The position numbers and the translations under genes are program-made. From an uncultured Desulfosarcina sp. (GTDB lineage: Bacteria; Desulfobacterota; Desulfobacteria; Desulfobacterales; Desulfosarcinaceae): a DNA stretch of 64,000 nucleotides. Each line of letters begins with the position of its first letter. Positions within the stretch are counted from its first letter, which is position 1. Below, in pieces: positions 30,515-40,670 of the stretch. The notes below the pieces were generated by a model. That model was given only the letters and a program-made list of their open reading frames with translations. It was not told the origin of the DNA and searched no databases. The stretch lies in contig CAXXWQ010000004.1 in NCBI GenBank assembly GCA_963674945.2, positions 736,001 through 800,000 on the forward strand, given 5' to 3'.

Positions 30515-31542
30515 CCCCATCTCGCCCCTTGCTGCTCATCGTGGATGACAACACCACCAATATCGACCTTCTGGTGGGAACGCTGAAATCGGAGTACCGA
30601 CTGGGAATCGCAAAAAATGGTGCGAGTGCCCTGGCATATGTGGAGAAGCAAACGCCGGACCTGATATTATTGGACATCATGATGCCGCAAATGGACGGCT
30701 ACGAGGTATGCCGACGACTGCAGGCCGATCCGGTAGCCGCCCCCATCCCCGTCATCTTCATTACGGCCATGGACGATACCCAAAGCAAAACCAAGGGATT
30801 TGAATTGGGCGCGGTGGACTTTATCACCAAGCCCTTTCACGCCTCGGAGGTAAAAGCACGGATAAAAACCCACCTGTCCATTGCACAGATGCGCCTTGCG
30901 CTCAAATCACAAAACAAGATTCTGGCAGATAAGGTTGCACGCCAGACCGCCGAAATTCAACAGATGTTGGACGCCGCCATCCGCAGCATGTCTCGCATGG
31001 TCGAAATTCGAGATCCGTATACCGCCGGCCACCAGCAGCGCGTGGCCAGGCTGGCCTGTGCCATCGCAGAGAAGATGGGACTATCATCCGATTTTATCGC
31101 GGGGCTACGGATCGCGGGGTGTTTGCATGACGTGGGAAAAATCCGTATCCCCGTTTCCATTCTCAGCCGTGCCGGCGAGTTGGAGGCGGCAGAGCTGGAG
31201 ATGATCAAGATTCATCCCCAGATCAGTTTCGAAATTTTACATGACATTCCTTTCCCGTGGCCTGTGGCCCAGGCGGTCTACCAGCACCATGAACGGTTGG
31301 ATGGATCGGGCTATCCTCGCGGCCTGTCCGGCGATGATATTTTGCTGGAGGCAAAAATTTTGGCCGTTGCCGACACCACAGAGGCGACCAGTTCCTTTCG
31401 GCCCTACCGGCCGGCCAACGGAATCGAAGCGGCGCTTTTGAAAATCGAACAGGGAAAAGGCAAACTTTTCGATGCCGACGTGGTTGAGGCATGTCAGGCG
31501 CTTTTTACCGAGGGCGCGTTTACTTTTGACGAAGAAAGGTGA
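30511..31542 (+). CDS. REC-HD-GYP c-di-GMP phosphodiesterase response regulator
   Basis: LLDIMMP receiver motif, HDVGK, HHERLDGSGYP and RPYR. Confidence 0.93.
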   Translation: MTPSRPLLLIVDDNTTNIDLLVGTLKSEYRLGIAKNGASALAYVEKQTPDLILLDIMMPQMDGYEVCRRLQADPVAAPIPVIFITAMDDTQSKTKGFELGAVDFITKPFHASEVKARIKTHLSIAQMRLALKSQNKILADKVARQTAEIQQMLDAAIRSMSRMVEIRDPYTAGHQQRVARLACAIAEKMGLSSDFIAGLRIAGCLHDVGKIRIPVSILSRAGELEAAELEMIKIHPQISFEILHDIPFPWPVAQAVYQHHERLDGSGYPRGLSGDDILLEAKILAVADTTEATSSFRPYRPANGIEAALLKIEQGKGKLFDADVVEACQALFTEGAFTFDEER

Positions 31543-31544
31543 TC

Positions 31545-32918
31545 ATGACAAATAAATACGATGCCCTTGTAATCGGTTCCGGCACCGCCGGCCAGACCGC
31601 TGCCTATGATATGAATGACAACGGTCTGAAAGTCGGATTGGTGGAACACAGCTTACAACCCGGAGGTGTTTGTGCCCTGAAGGGTTGCCAGGCCAAGAAA
31701 TGGTTTTACGAGGCAGCGGAAACCGTGGCACGATCCCGCCACCTTTCCGGCATCGGCATCACCGCAACCGCATCTGCCAGGTGGTCCGATCTGCGCGACG
31801 CCAAAAACCGTTTCACGGAACGGGTGCCCGAAAGCACAATAACAGGGTTGAAAAAGGCAGGCATTGACTTTATCCGGGGACGCGCCCGATTGCATGATCA
31901 CCATTCCATTGTCGTCGACGACAGGGAAATATCGGCCCGCTATATTGTCCTGGCCACCGGCGCCGTTCCCATGCCCCTTCCCATGGATGGTGCCGATCTG
32001 GCCATCTCCAGCAGCGAATTCATGCAGCTCGACCAATTGCCGCGTCGCATCGTATTCATCGGCGGCGGCTTCATCTCCTTCGAGTTCGCCCACTTCGCCG
32101 TGCGACTTGGCCCTTCACAGACACACTGCACGATTCTGGAAGCCGGCCCACGTCCTTTGGGCCCCTTCGATGAAGAGATGGTTGCCTTGCTTTCCCATGC
32201 GTCAAAAGCCGAGGGTATCGATATCATCAATAATATGGCCATTTCCGCCATCGAGAAGAATGCCGGCGGCTTTTCCGTCGTAACCGAAGAAGGCCACCGG
32301 TTCGATGCGGATCTCGTCGTACACGGTGCCGGCAGGGTACCTGCCATCGATGATCTCGATCTGGATCAAGGGGGTGTGAAAAGAACAAAGAGAGGCGTCG
32401 CCGTCAACGAGAAAATGGAGACCTCCAATCCCGACATCTACGCCATCGGCGACTGTGCCGACACAATCCAACTGGCCCGTGTCGCCGACGCCGAGGCGCA
32501 CACGGCGGCGGCCAACATCGTCGACAGATATACGGGCGATGACGTCGAAGCATCCATGGAGTACACCGCTGTACCTGCAGTGCTGTTCACCTATCCCCAG
32601 TACGGCATGGTGGGGGCAACGGAGGCGCGGCTGGCGCGTGAAGATGTCGCTTACGACAAAAGCTTTTCAAAAGAACTCGGCTGGCCCACCTACCGCCGGG
32701 TGGGATTGAAGTCTGCGGCATACAAGATACTCGCCGGTAAAAACGGTCAAATTTTGGGTGCCCACATCTTGTCTGACAACGCAACCGGATTGATCAACGT
32801 CTTCGCACTTGCCATGCGAAATAACATCGGTGTCCACAAGCTCCATGAACAAAGCATCATGTCACCCTATCCATCCAGGGAAAGTGACATTATTTATATG
32901 CTCAAGCCGCTCGTGTAA
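31545..32918 (+). CDS. Flavoprotein disulfide reductase (glutathione reductase / dihydrolipoamide dehydrogenase family)
   Basis: IGSGTAG, GGVCALKGCQAKK redox CxxxxC, GGGFI and YAIGD. Confidence 0.9.
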   Translation: MTNKYDALVIGSGTAGQTAAYDMNDNGLKVGLVEHSLQPGGVCALKGCQAKKWFYEAAETVARSRHLSGIGITATASARWSDLRDAKNRFTERVPESTITGLKKAGIDFIRGRARLHDHHSIVVDDREISARYIVLATGAVPMPLPMDGADLAISSSEFMQLDQLPRRIVFIGGGFISFEFAHFAVRLGPSQTHCTILEAGPRPLGPFDEEMVALLSHASKAEGIDIINNMAISAIEKNAGGFSVVTEEGHRFDADLVVHGAGRVPAIDDLDLDQGGVKRTKRGVAVNEKMETSNPDIYAIGDCADTIQLARVADAEAHTAAANIVDRYTGDDVEASMEYTAVPAVLFTYPQYGMVGATEARLAREDVAYDKSFSKELGWPTYRRVGLKSAAYKILAGKNGQILGAHILSDNATGLINVFALAMRNNIGVHKLHEQSIMSPYPSRESDIIYMLKPLV

Positions 32919-33398
32919 CCTCACACATGCTGGGACGCAATCTCACACTGATTGTTGTGTTTGCGGCACGATTTTTCGGACCAACGGAACCGCTCATGGC
33001 TGCGGTCTATATGATGCCGGCCGTGCTCATGCTGGGTCCCATCCGCTACATGGTGAGATAAAACGCCAAAAATGATTTCACGGCCCTGTTGATCCTCGAC
33101 TTCCGGGACAAATTGGTGCGGCTGATGTAAGAAAAGGATCCATTACGATGATCCCGGAAATGTTTCATGGATATTGCCGAAGCCACCGTTTGTTTTTTAA
33201 GAAATAGTTCCAATTACTTATGGATTTGGGTGCTCAATCGCGCCCGCCTTTGCACCCTATCCGCATCCCGGAAATTGCAGAAAAACCAGGGGTGCTCTTT
33301 TTACCTCCCCCCAATGACCAAATGCCCCGCCATCCTCGTCGGGTAGCGGGGCATATTGATGTTCATAGGGGGAAAGACAGAACTATTTGTAATGAAAT

Positions 33399-33713
33399 TT
33401 AGGAAGGAACCCCACCACCCAAAACGATCATGGGCAGAATCACAAAATTCTGGGCCTGCTTGTTTGCACGATCCCACCTCTGATCCCGGACCGGGGCACA
33501 AACTTCCCTCTGATCGTTGATCTCGGCTCTTGGCGTGGTAACACCTACGACGAAGTGGTTGCCATATCCTGAAGCGTTACCGGCCATTACGACGGGGCCA
33601 AAGATTGTTGCGACAGCAGTAGGAATCTGAACAGAAAAGGCTTGCGCCGAAGACGCCATACCGAAGGATAATAGTGCCAGTAAGGCGATAAAAGTAATAA
33701 ATGTCTTTTTCAT
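33399..33713 (-). CDS. Hypothetical exported protein
   Basis: Signal peptide MKKTFITFIALLALLSFGMASSAQA and RBS GAGG. Confidence 0.65.
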   Translation of the reverse strand: MKKTFITFIALLALLSFGMASSAQAFSVQIPTAVATIFGPVVMAGNASGYGNHFVVGVTTPRAEINDQREVCAPVRDQRWDRANKQAQNFVILPMIVLGGGVPS

Positions 33714-34047
33714 AAAACAACCTCTCTTACGTGTTTTTCATTCAATCGTACCAACCGCATTATCTTTCTTGCGGCTCGAAAACAGAAGTAACCGACCTAC
33801 TTCTATTTCGGCATAAAATAGTGCTCCAAAAGTCAGTTGACAAGAAATAAATGACCGTGGACTATTTTTATATTATGAATGATATTAAGTATTTTAATGG
33901 CTCATAAGATGCTGTTTTGCACAACACCGGTTTACGCAAACCAATAAGTGAAATGACTTTCACAATTGGTGTATGTTGTACTGGAATGAACTTGACATAC
34001 AATATGTTGTGTGGGACTCTTTGAGTCGGAGATTTTCCCCTTCGAAC

Positions 34048-34115
34048 CCAGGGATAGGGTAGCTCCCGAAAAGGCCGTAATCTCGACCGGCCCTTCCCTG
34101 GATATCATTTCGAGA
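34048..34115 (+). ncRNA. Putative structured RNA (three-way junction)
   Basis: Outer stem CCAGGGA/TCCCTGG, hairpins GGG-TAGCT-CCC and GGCCG-TAATCTCGAC-CGGCC, upstream TTGACA at 33992. Confidence 0.45.
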
Positions 34116-34135
34116 CGCACGACGAGAGGTGTGGT

Positions 34136-34345
34136 ATGAAAACCAACTTTATATTTAAATGTGATAGAGCAGATATTGAAAATACCATGCTCTCTGAATG
34201 CCCGCTTTGTCTATTTTTCGAAAAATGCAAATCAGATGGCTATTTGGAAGAAATGAAAATCCGGTTTCGCGTAATTCCAGAAGACAAGCACGACGAGGTG
34301 TGCAGATGGAAATCGACGATAAATCCCGCGAGCTTGAAGAAATAG
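34136..34345 (+). CDS. Small Cys-rich hypothetical protein
   Basis: RBS GAGG; CPLC...C motif; 69 aa. Confidence 0.45.
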   Translation: MKTNFIFKCDRADIENTMLSECPLCLFFEKCKSDGYLEEMKIRFRVIPEDKHDEVCRWKSTINPASLKK

Positions 34346-34460
34346 CTGAGAGAGGAATGATTTGAAAGACGACATTGGGTTCCGGCGAATTTTCAATCTG
34401 AAATTGACGACATTGACAACCCGCACCTTTCCGTACCCTGCCATCGCCACAGAGAGTATC

Positions 34461-35894
34461 CTACAATAATTCCAACAATCTTTCGTGGATATTGTCGAAG
34501 CCGCCGTTGGACATGATCAATATCACGTCACCGTGAATCGAAACATCTACCAGATGATCGATGATGGCGTCCGTGTCGGCGAAATGAACCGCATCTTTTC
34601 CCCGACGTTTCAAATCTTCCACGAGCCTTTCGCTGGACATGCGCTCTTTCTCGGGAACTTTCGTCAAAAGTGAGGGTTTGCGGATGCAGATGCGATCCGC
34701 CGCATCGAAAACGCCTGCATATTCGTGTTGGAAGACCTTTCGCATGCTCGAATGGGTTCTCGGCTCGAATACCGCGATGATCCGATTCTCCGAAAAATAG
34801 GATTTGACGGCTTCGATGGTCGCTTTCACGGCTGTAGGGTGATGGGCGAAATCGTCGATGACGATGATGCCGTTTCGCTCACCACGGATCTCCTGCCTTC
34901 GTCTCACGCCGGAAAAAGTCGCCAGGGCCGGGGCGATTTGATCGGCGGAAACCCCCAAATCATCAGCCACCGCAATGGCGGCCAAGGCATTTTTCAGATT
35001 ATGCACACCAATCATTCGGGTTTCGAATTGCCCATATTCCTGCCCGTTTTTCATCACCTGAAAACGAGTGACAGGCGGATTGATGGATATCGCCCCGATG
35101 TGCCAGGGTGATGACTTCTCCAAACCATAGGAAAGGCGCCTGCAAGTTGCCTGCGCCACAAGCCCGTCCACATTTGGATCGTCGTCTACATGAACCAGCA
35201 GGGCATCGGACTTGATGATCAAAAGAAATCGGCCGAAGGCATCTCGAACATGGTCCAAATCGCGATAAATATCGGCATGGTCGAATTCAACACTGGTCAA
35301 AATGGCAGCATCTGGGGTATAGTGAAGAAACTTGGGCCCCTTGTCGAAGAAAGCCGTATCGTATTCATCCGCCTCGATCACGATGCAATCCCCGGCCCCT
35401 GTTCGATAGTTGCTATTGAAATTGGGAACGATACCACCAATCACAAAAGAGGGATCACGGCCGGCGGAAAAAAGGATCCAGGCCAAGAGTGACGATGTGG
35501 TTGTCTTCCCGTGGGTTCCGGCTACCAATAACTGACGTTTGCCGGCAGCGGCAAAGCGATTGACGGCCTGGGGCATGGAACAATAGCAAAGCCCCATCTT
35601 TGCCGTCGCCACCACCTCCGCATTCTCTTTGGAAACGGCGTTTCCGACCACGACCAGTTCAGGCTGCGGGGAAAGGTGCTTTGGATCGAATCCGGTCATG
35701 ACGCGAATTTCCTTTTCCTCGAGGAAATCGCTCATTGGTGGGTATACATTGTTGTCCGATCCGGTGACCCGGTACCCCATCTCTTTCAGCATGCAGGCCA
35801 GGGCGCCCATGGCCGTTCCGCAAACGGCAATCAAATGAATCCGTTCCACCTTTTCGGGAATTCTGTTGTTTTCAGGAAGCATCATGGATCCCAT
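34461..35894 (-). CDS. mpl: UDP-N-acetylmuramate:L-Ala-gamma-D-Glu-meso-DAP ligase
   Basis: CGTAMG, YPPMS, GTHGKTTT, EADEYDTAFFDKGPKF, DDFAHHPT and MSNGGF. Start approximate. Confidence 0.92.
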   Translation of the reverse strand: MGSMMLPENNRIPEKVERIHLIAVCGTAMGALACMLKEMGYRVTGSDNNVYPPMSDFLEEKEIRVMTGFDPKHLSPQPELVVVGNAVSKENAEVVATAKMGLCYCSMPQAVNRFAAAGKRQLLVAGTHGKTTTSSLLAWILFSAGRDPSFVIGGIVPNFNSNYRTGAGDCIVIEADEYDTAFFDKGPKFLHYTPDAAILTSVEFDHADIYRDLDHVRDAFGRFLLIIKSDALLVHVDDDPNVDGLVAQATCRRLSYGLEKSSPWHIGAISINPPVTRFQVMKNGQEYGQFETRMIGVHNLKNALAAIAVADDLGVSADQIAPALATFSGVRRRQEIRGERNGIIVIDDFAHHPTAVKATIEAVKSYFSENRIIAVFEPRTHSSMRKVFQHEYAGVFDAADRICIRKPSLLTKVPEKERMSSERLVEDLKRRGKDAVHFADTDAIIDHLVDVSIHGDVILIMSNGGFDNIHERLLELL

Positions 35895-36086
35895 GTCCTC
35901 TTGCTCTTTTGTGTAGAATTGGAGGGAAGAACGCTGTAGCAAAAACCCGCTCGTTCACTATGCTCATTTTTCTATCCGTGTGCTGAAGTGGGTTGTAGAC
36001 GATTTACCGTGGAAGAACAAGGGGATTCATGGTTCCCCGTGGATGTGCTCTTCTTCCCGTATCGTGTCACAAGGGGATAAAAAGGA

Positions 36087-36947
36087 ATGATGAAGCGTCA
36101 AAAAACTGACGAGGATCCAATGCCCATGGAAACGGCTGCGGAACTTTTTTGCCAAGCAATTCAGGAAGAAGGAAATATTACTGTTCTCACCGGTGCCGGT
36201 GTATCGGCGGGAAGCGGCATTCCCACATTCAGGGGGCCGGAAGGATTCTGGACCGTCGGTTCAAGGGAGTACCATCCTCAGGAAATCGCAACGTTTTCCA
36301 TGTTTGCGAGAGACCCGGAATCGGTCTGGGTCTGGTATTTGTACCGTATGGGAATGTGCAAAAAAGCAACACCCAATGCAGGACATGAGGCCCTGGCCAG
36401 GCTCGATTCCATTTTGGGAGACCGGTTTACGCTGATCACCCAAAATGTGGACAACTTGCACATCCGCGCCGGCAGCAGTGAATCACGGACCTTTGAAATT
36501 CACGGAAACATTTTCAAGACACGTTGCGCGTCAGCTTGTTCGGAGGGCATTTTTCCCCTGCCCGAAGATCTGTCTCCCAAGCGACGCGGAGAGGCACTGA
36601 CCGACAAAGAGAAGCGGTCTCTTCGGTGTCCGTCCTGTGGCGGTTGGCTTCGCCCCCACGTCTTGTGGTTCGACGAAACCTACAACGAACGATACTTTCG
36701 ATTCGAAAGTGCCATTCATGTAGCGGAAAATACGCGACTTTTGATCACCGTCGGAACGACCGGCGCCACCACGCTGCCAAACCACATCACCAATCTTGTT
36801 TTTGGCAACCGCGGGCTAATGATCGACATCAATATTGCCGATAACCCTTTTGCCCGCTTGGCCACGCAAGCAAACCGTGGCATTTATGTTCAAGGTGAAA
36901 GCAGTCGTATCCTGCCAAAACTGGTACAAGTGGCCGACTGCGCGTAA
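36087..36947 (+). CDS. Sir2 family NAD-dependent deacylase (CobB-like)
   Basis: TGAGVSAGSGIPTFRG, TQNVDNLH, EIHGN, zinc Cys pairs and RPHVLWFDE. Confidence 0.92.
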   Translation: MMKRQKTDEDPMPMETAAELFCQAIQEEGNITVLTGAGVSAGSGIPTFRGPEGFWTVGSREYHPQEIATFSMFARDPESVWVWYLYRMGMCKKATPNAGHEALARLDSILGDRFTLITQNVDNLHIRAGSSESRTFEIHGNIFKTRCASACSEGIFPLPEDLSPKRRGEALTDKEKRSLRCPSCGGWLRPHVLWFDETYNERYFRFESAIHVAENTRLLITVGTTGATTLPNHITNLVFGNRGLMIDINIADNPFARLATQANRGIYVQGESSRILPKLVQVADCA

Positions 36948-37026
36948 ATCGTTCCATAACGAAGACAACTGCTCGATTTTACGAACAAATTAACATCATC
37001 CGCCGTAAGGCCGGAAAATTACAATT

Positions 37027-38532
37027 ATGAAAACAGATACCTTAGAAACAAATGCCCCCATTGATCAGTTGAAGGCCATCTCCTCATGGGTTTCATCCGT
37101 GCAGGACCTGGACAAACTCCTTCATCTGATCATCGAATCGGCCACCGGCGTCGTTCGTGCAGAGGCCGCATCCTTGCTTCTAGTCGACGCCAAAACAGAC
37201 TCCCTCTTTTTCAAGGTGGCCACCGGCGCCAAAGGCGAAGCCGTCAAGGATTTCAGAGTAAAAATCGGCGAGGGTATCGCCGGGCACGTGGCCAAAACCG
37301 GTCAACCCCTTCTCATTGCAGATGCGCGCAAGGATCATCGCTGGAGCCGAAAGATCAGTGACAGCGTCGATTTCAAGACCCAATCCATGGCGTGTGTCCC
37401 CCTTACGATAAACGACAGGATTATCGGTGTTGTCCAGGTCATCAATAAAAAAGACAACTCCCAGTTCACTCCTGCAGACATGGATGTTCTTGAGGAATTT
37501 TCAAGCCTTGCGTCCCTTGCCATCGCAAGTGCAAGGAACCTGGAGGAAGTTCGCCGGGAAAATATCGATCTGAAAAAGGAGTTGGGCGAAAAGCATCAAA
37601 TCATCGGAAAAAGTCATGTATTGAAAAAGATTCTCAAAGATGCACAGAAACTCGCCCGCAGCAAAACAACCGCCCTTATTCTCGGCGAGAGTGGAACGGG
37701 GAAGGAACTGCTTGCCCGACTGATCCATCGTGAGAGCCCACGAAAGACCAAACCCCTCGTGGTGCTCAACTGCGCGGCACTGCCCGAAACGCTGTTGGAG
37801 TCGGAATTGTTCGGCTATGAAAAAGGCTCCTTTACCGGAGCGGCGGGTCGCAAATTGGGGAAATTCGAGATTGCCCACGAAGGGACTTTGTTTCTCGACG
37901 AGATCGGTGAAATGGCCCCCGCAATCCAGGCCAAACTCCTCCGCGTTCTTCAAGAGGGGGTCTTCTATCGGATCGGTGGAAACACTCCCATCACGGTTGA
38001 TGTCCGTGTCCTTTCGGCAACCAACAAGAACCTGCAAAAAGAGGTGTCGGAAGGAAGGTTCCGGGAGGATCTGTATTACCGGCTGAACGTGGTTCAACTG
38101 AACATGCCCCCGCTGCGGGAGCGGCTCGAGGATGTGCCTCTCCTCGCCCTTCACTTTTTAGAGGTTTTCAAGAAGGAGACGGGCCTTTCGGAACTGACAA
38201 TTTCGGACGTCGCCATGCAGAAAATGACCCAATACGATTGGCCGGGTAATATACGAGAGTTAAGAAACGCCATCGAGCGTGCCGTGGTGATGGGTGATGG
38301 CAAGACCATCATGGAGGAAGACTTGCCCATCGCCACCTCCAAACAGAAGATCTCAGGCCTTACGGTCGGCCTTACCCTCGATGATGCCCTCAATCGGTTC
38401 AAAAAGGAATTCATCCTGCTCAACCTGCAACACACCGGGGGAAATCGAAGCAAAGCCGCCAAAATCATGGACATCCAGCGAACATATTTGTCGCGACTGA
38501 TCACCCGGTATGAAATCCGGGATATTACGTGA
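37027..38532 (+). CDS. GAF-domain sigma54-dependent Fis-family activator
   Basis: GESGTGKE, ELFGYEKGSFTGA, LFLDEIGE, WPGNIREL and a C-terminal HTH. Confidence 0.95.
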   Translation: MKTDTLETNAPIDQLKAISSWVSSVQDLDKLLHLIIESATGVVRAEAASLLLVDAKTDSLFFKVATGAKGEAVKDFRVKIGEGIAGHVAKTGQPLLIADARKDHRWSRKISDSVDFKTQSMACVPLTINDRIIGVVQVINKKDNSQFTPADMDVLEEFSSLASLAIASARNLEEVRRENIDLKKELGEKHQIIGKSHVLKKILKDAQKLARSKTTALILGESGTGKELLARLIHRESPRKTKPLVVLNCAALPETLLESELFGYEKGSFTGAAGRKLGKFEIAHEGTLFLDEIGEMAPAIQAKLLRVLQEGVFYRIGGNTPITVDVRVLSATNKNLQKEVSEGRFREDLYYRLNVVQLNMPPLRERLEDVPLLALHFLEVFKKETGLSELTISDVAMQKMTQYDWPGNIRELRNAIERAVVMGDGKTIMEEDLPIATSKQKISGLTVGLTLDDALNRFKKEFILLNLQHTGGNRSKAAKIMDIQRTYLSRLITRYEIRDIT

Positions 38533-38701
38533 GTCAACGACCGGCCGTACAGCGGGTGACTTGGATTTTCCCGCGATAGTGTCTCAATCGTTACGGTTAC
38601 AACCGGATGCATCGCACCCGGTTTGAGAGCAACTGATCTACCTGGAACCATTGAAGTTGAAGTCGACCAATGACGGGAAAGCCGAAAGACAGAACGTATT
38701 T

Positions 38702-38717
38702 TGGCACTCTACTTGCA
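38702..38717 (+). promoter_or_regulatory. Consensus sigma54 promoter
   Basis: TGGCAC-TCTAC-TTGCA, directly upstream of the 38753 ORF. Confidence 0.75.
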
Positions 38718-38752
38718 TAACCTATTAATGACAAAAAGACATATTCCGGGAG

Positions 38753-39112
38753 ATGATCATGACGAATTTGGAAATGAATACAAGCACAATCAAAAGGCTG
38801 AAAGGTTCGATGGAAACGAATGGTTATTACAGCGTGGAATTTTCGGTAGACGAGCCCCACCCTCTCTATCAGTTCAAGATATGGCGCAGCGAATCCAGTC
38901 CCATGTTTGTCGTGGTCAAGGAAACCTCCGACATCCTATCCAAACTCAAGTCGGGACGCGTATTGAATATGACCTACTACGGCAACGATGGACAGCGTCC
39001 GAAAAGACAGATCGAGACTCGAATCGGCCCCATCAACGGAAGGCATGAAGGACGATTCCAGGGACATTGCACCATTGATCTGATGCCCGTCGACAACTCA
39101 TACAGCAATTAA
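38753..39112 (+). CDS. Hypothetical protein
   Basis: 119-aa ORF downstream of the sigma54 promoter, with RBS GGGAG. Confidence 0.7.
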   Translation: MIMTNLEMNTSTIKRLKGSMETNGYYSVEFSVDEPHPLYQFKIWRSESSPMFVVVKETSDILSKLKSGRVLNMTYYGNDGQRPKRQIETRIGPINGRHEGRFQGHCTIDLMPVDNSYSN

Positions 39113-39132
39113 GCTATTTACTGCGTCCACAG

Positions 39133-40071
39133 ATGATAACCATGACGAAGAAAACGCTGACGGTACTGATTTTCGATTCAACGGGCAACAAAGTCCGGCA
39201 GGCCTCTTTACCGAAGCTTGTTTTACCTGTTTCGGTCCTTCTCTTTTTCGGGATGACCATCCTCCTCTTTCTGGGCCTTTTTAATTATCACCGGCTACAA
39301 GACGAAAACAAAATCATTCATGACCTGCGTGCCCGCCTTACGGTCAAGGAGGAACTCGTCGCGCAGCAGCAGGACCAGATTGACAATTTCTCAAATAAAA
39401 TCTGTGATTTGAATTCAAAACTGGCCGAACTTCACAACTTCGAAAAAAAGATCCGTGTCATTGCCAACCTCGACCCCAAAGACAAAGGGGAAGAACTCTT
39501 CGGCGTTGGTGGATCGAATCCTGAAGACTTGGATCCTGGAACATTTGTCGAAAAACAGCACCAGGATCTCGTCCGGGATATGCATGTCCGAATCAATGCC
39601 ATCGATCGGGCCGCCGATGACCAGCAAGCCTCTTTCTCATCCATCTTCGGCCACTTGGAAGAAAAGCGCAACCTGCTTGCGGCGACTCCGTCCATAAGAC
39701 CTGTAACAGGTTGGATTTCCTCGAGTTTTGGATACAGGTCCTCACCTTTTACCCACCGTCGGGAATTTCATCGTGGCATGGATATCGCAACACATGCGGG
39801 AGAGCCCATCGTTGCGCCGGCCGACGGAGCGATTATTTTTGCCGGAAAAAAGGGATTGATGGGCAACATGGTCACCATCGATCATGGATTCGGTATGGTA
39901 ACACGGTATGGCCATATTCAAAAATTTCTTAAAAAAAGGGGAGAACGCGTCAAACGCGGAGAAACCATCGCCCTTGTGGGAAATACGGGGCGAAGCACCG
40001 GCCCCCATCTTCACTATGAAGTGCGTTTAAACGGGGTGGCAGTGAATCCCAAGAACTATTTTTTCGATTGA
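39133..40071 (+). CDS. M23 family metallopeptidase with coiled-coil
   Basis: HRGMD, YGH and TGRSTGPHLHYEV motifs, plus an N-terminal TM helix. Confidence 0.93.
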   Translation: MITMTKKTLTVLIFDSTGNKVRQASLPKLVLPVSVLLFFGMTILLFLGLFNYHRLQDENKIIHDLRARLTVKEELVAQQQDQIDNFSNKICDLNSKLAELHNFEKKIRVIANLDPKDKGEELFGVGGSNPEDLDPGTFVEKQHQDLVRDMHVRINAIDRAADDQQASFSSIFGHLEEKRNLLAATPSIRPVTGWISSSFGYRSSPFTHRREFHRGMDIATHAGEPIVAPADGAIIFAGKKGLMGNMVTIDHGFGMVTRYGHIQKFLKKRGERVKRGETIALVGNTGRSTGPHLHYEVRLNGVAVNPKNYFFD

Positions 40072-40170
40072 CGGCCTCGTCAATGAAACACAAAAATATA
40101 CAGCCAAGTTATAAAATCGTGCAAATGGAGATGTAAATCAACCGACAGGATACAAAAGAAAGCTCGAAAA

Positions 40171-40470
40171 ATGAAAAAAATAGTTTTCTTGGTACTCATC
40201 CAAACGTTGTTCTATTTGTCCGGTTGCAGCAGTATCCATTCCCTATTGCATACATCGGCGGAAACCAACAGCCACATAGCCGGCACGACCAAAGAGATGA
40301 ACGCTATAGATGATGATGGTGACTTCTACCTTCCCATTTCAACACGTACCTCCGTGAACATCGATGTGGAATGCATCCTCGATTATGTTCAGGGGACCGC
40401 TGACGTGGATAACATCACCTCCCTGCCAGTTCATGCAGCCCCTTGGATTCGCTATCAAATTCGATTCTGA
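40171..40470 (+). CDS. Hypothetical lipoprotein
   Basis: Lipobox LSGC. Confidence 0.6.
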   Translation: MKKIVFLVLIQTLFYLSGCSSIHSLLHTSAETNSHIAGTTKEMNAIDDDGDFYLPISTRTSVNIDVECILDYVQGTADVDNITSLPVHAAPWIRYQIRF

Positions 40471-40487
40471 AACGGCGTCGTTGAACT

Positions 40488-40668
40488 AGTGTTCGTTCAG
40501 AAATAGAAAAATTTGTTCGAGATCAAGGCCTATGAAAAATTTTACCATAGGTGCCCGAAGGAAATGCCCTTGGTGTACATATGGTTGATATTTTAAGGAT
40601 AAAATTTTTCGCGCAACGCCGATATCGGCCAAAGCTAAGATTGGCTTGGCCGTTTCTGGATGGATACT
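40488..40668. repeat. MITE/REP-like structured intergenic element
   Basis: Termini AGTGTTCGTTCAGAAA and TTTCTGGATGGATACT match 12 of 16 bases, and all four mismatches are G-U pairs. Internal palindromes are present. Confidence 0.5.
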
Positions 40669-40670
40669 GA

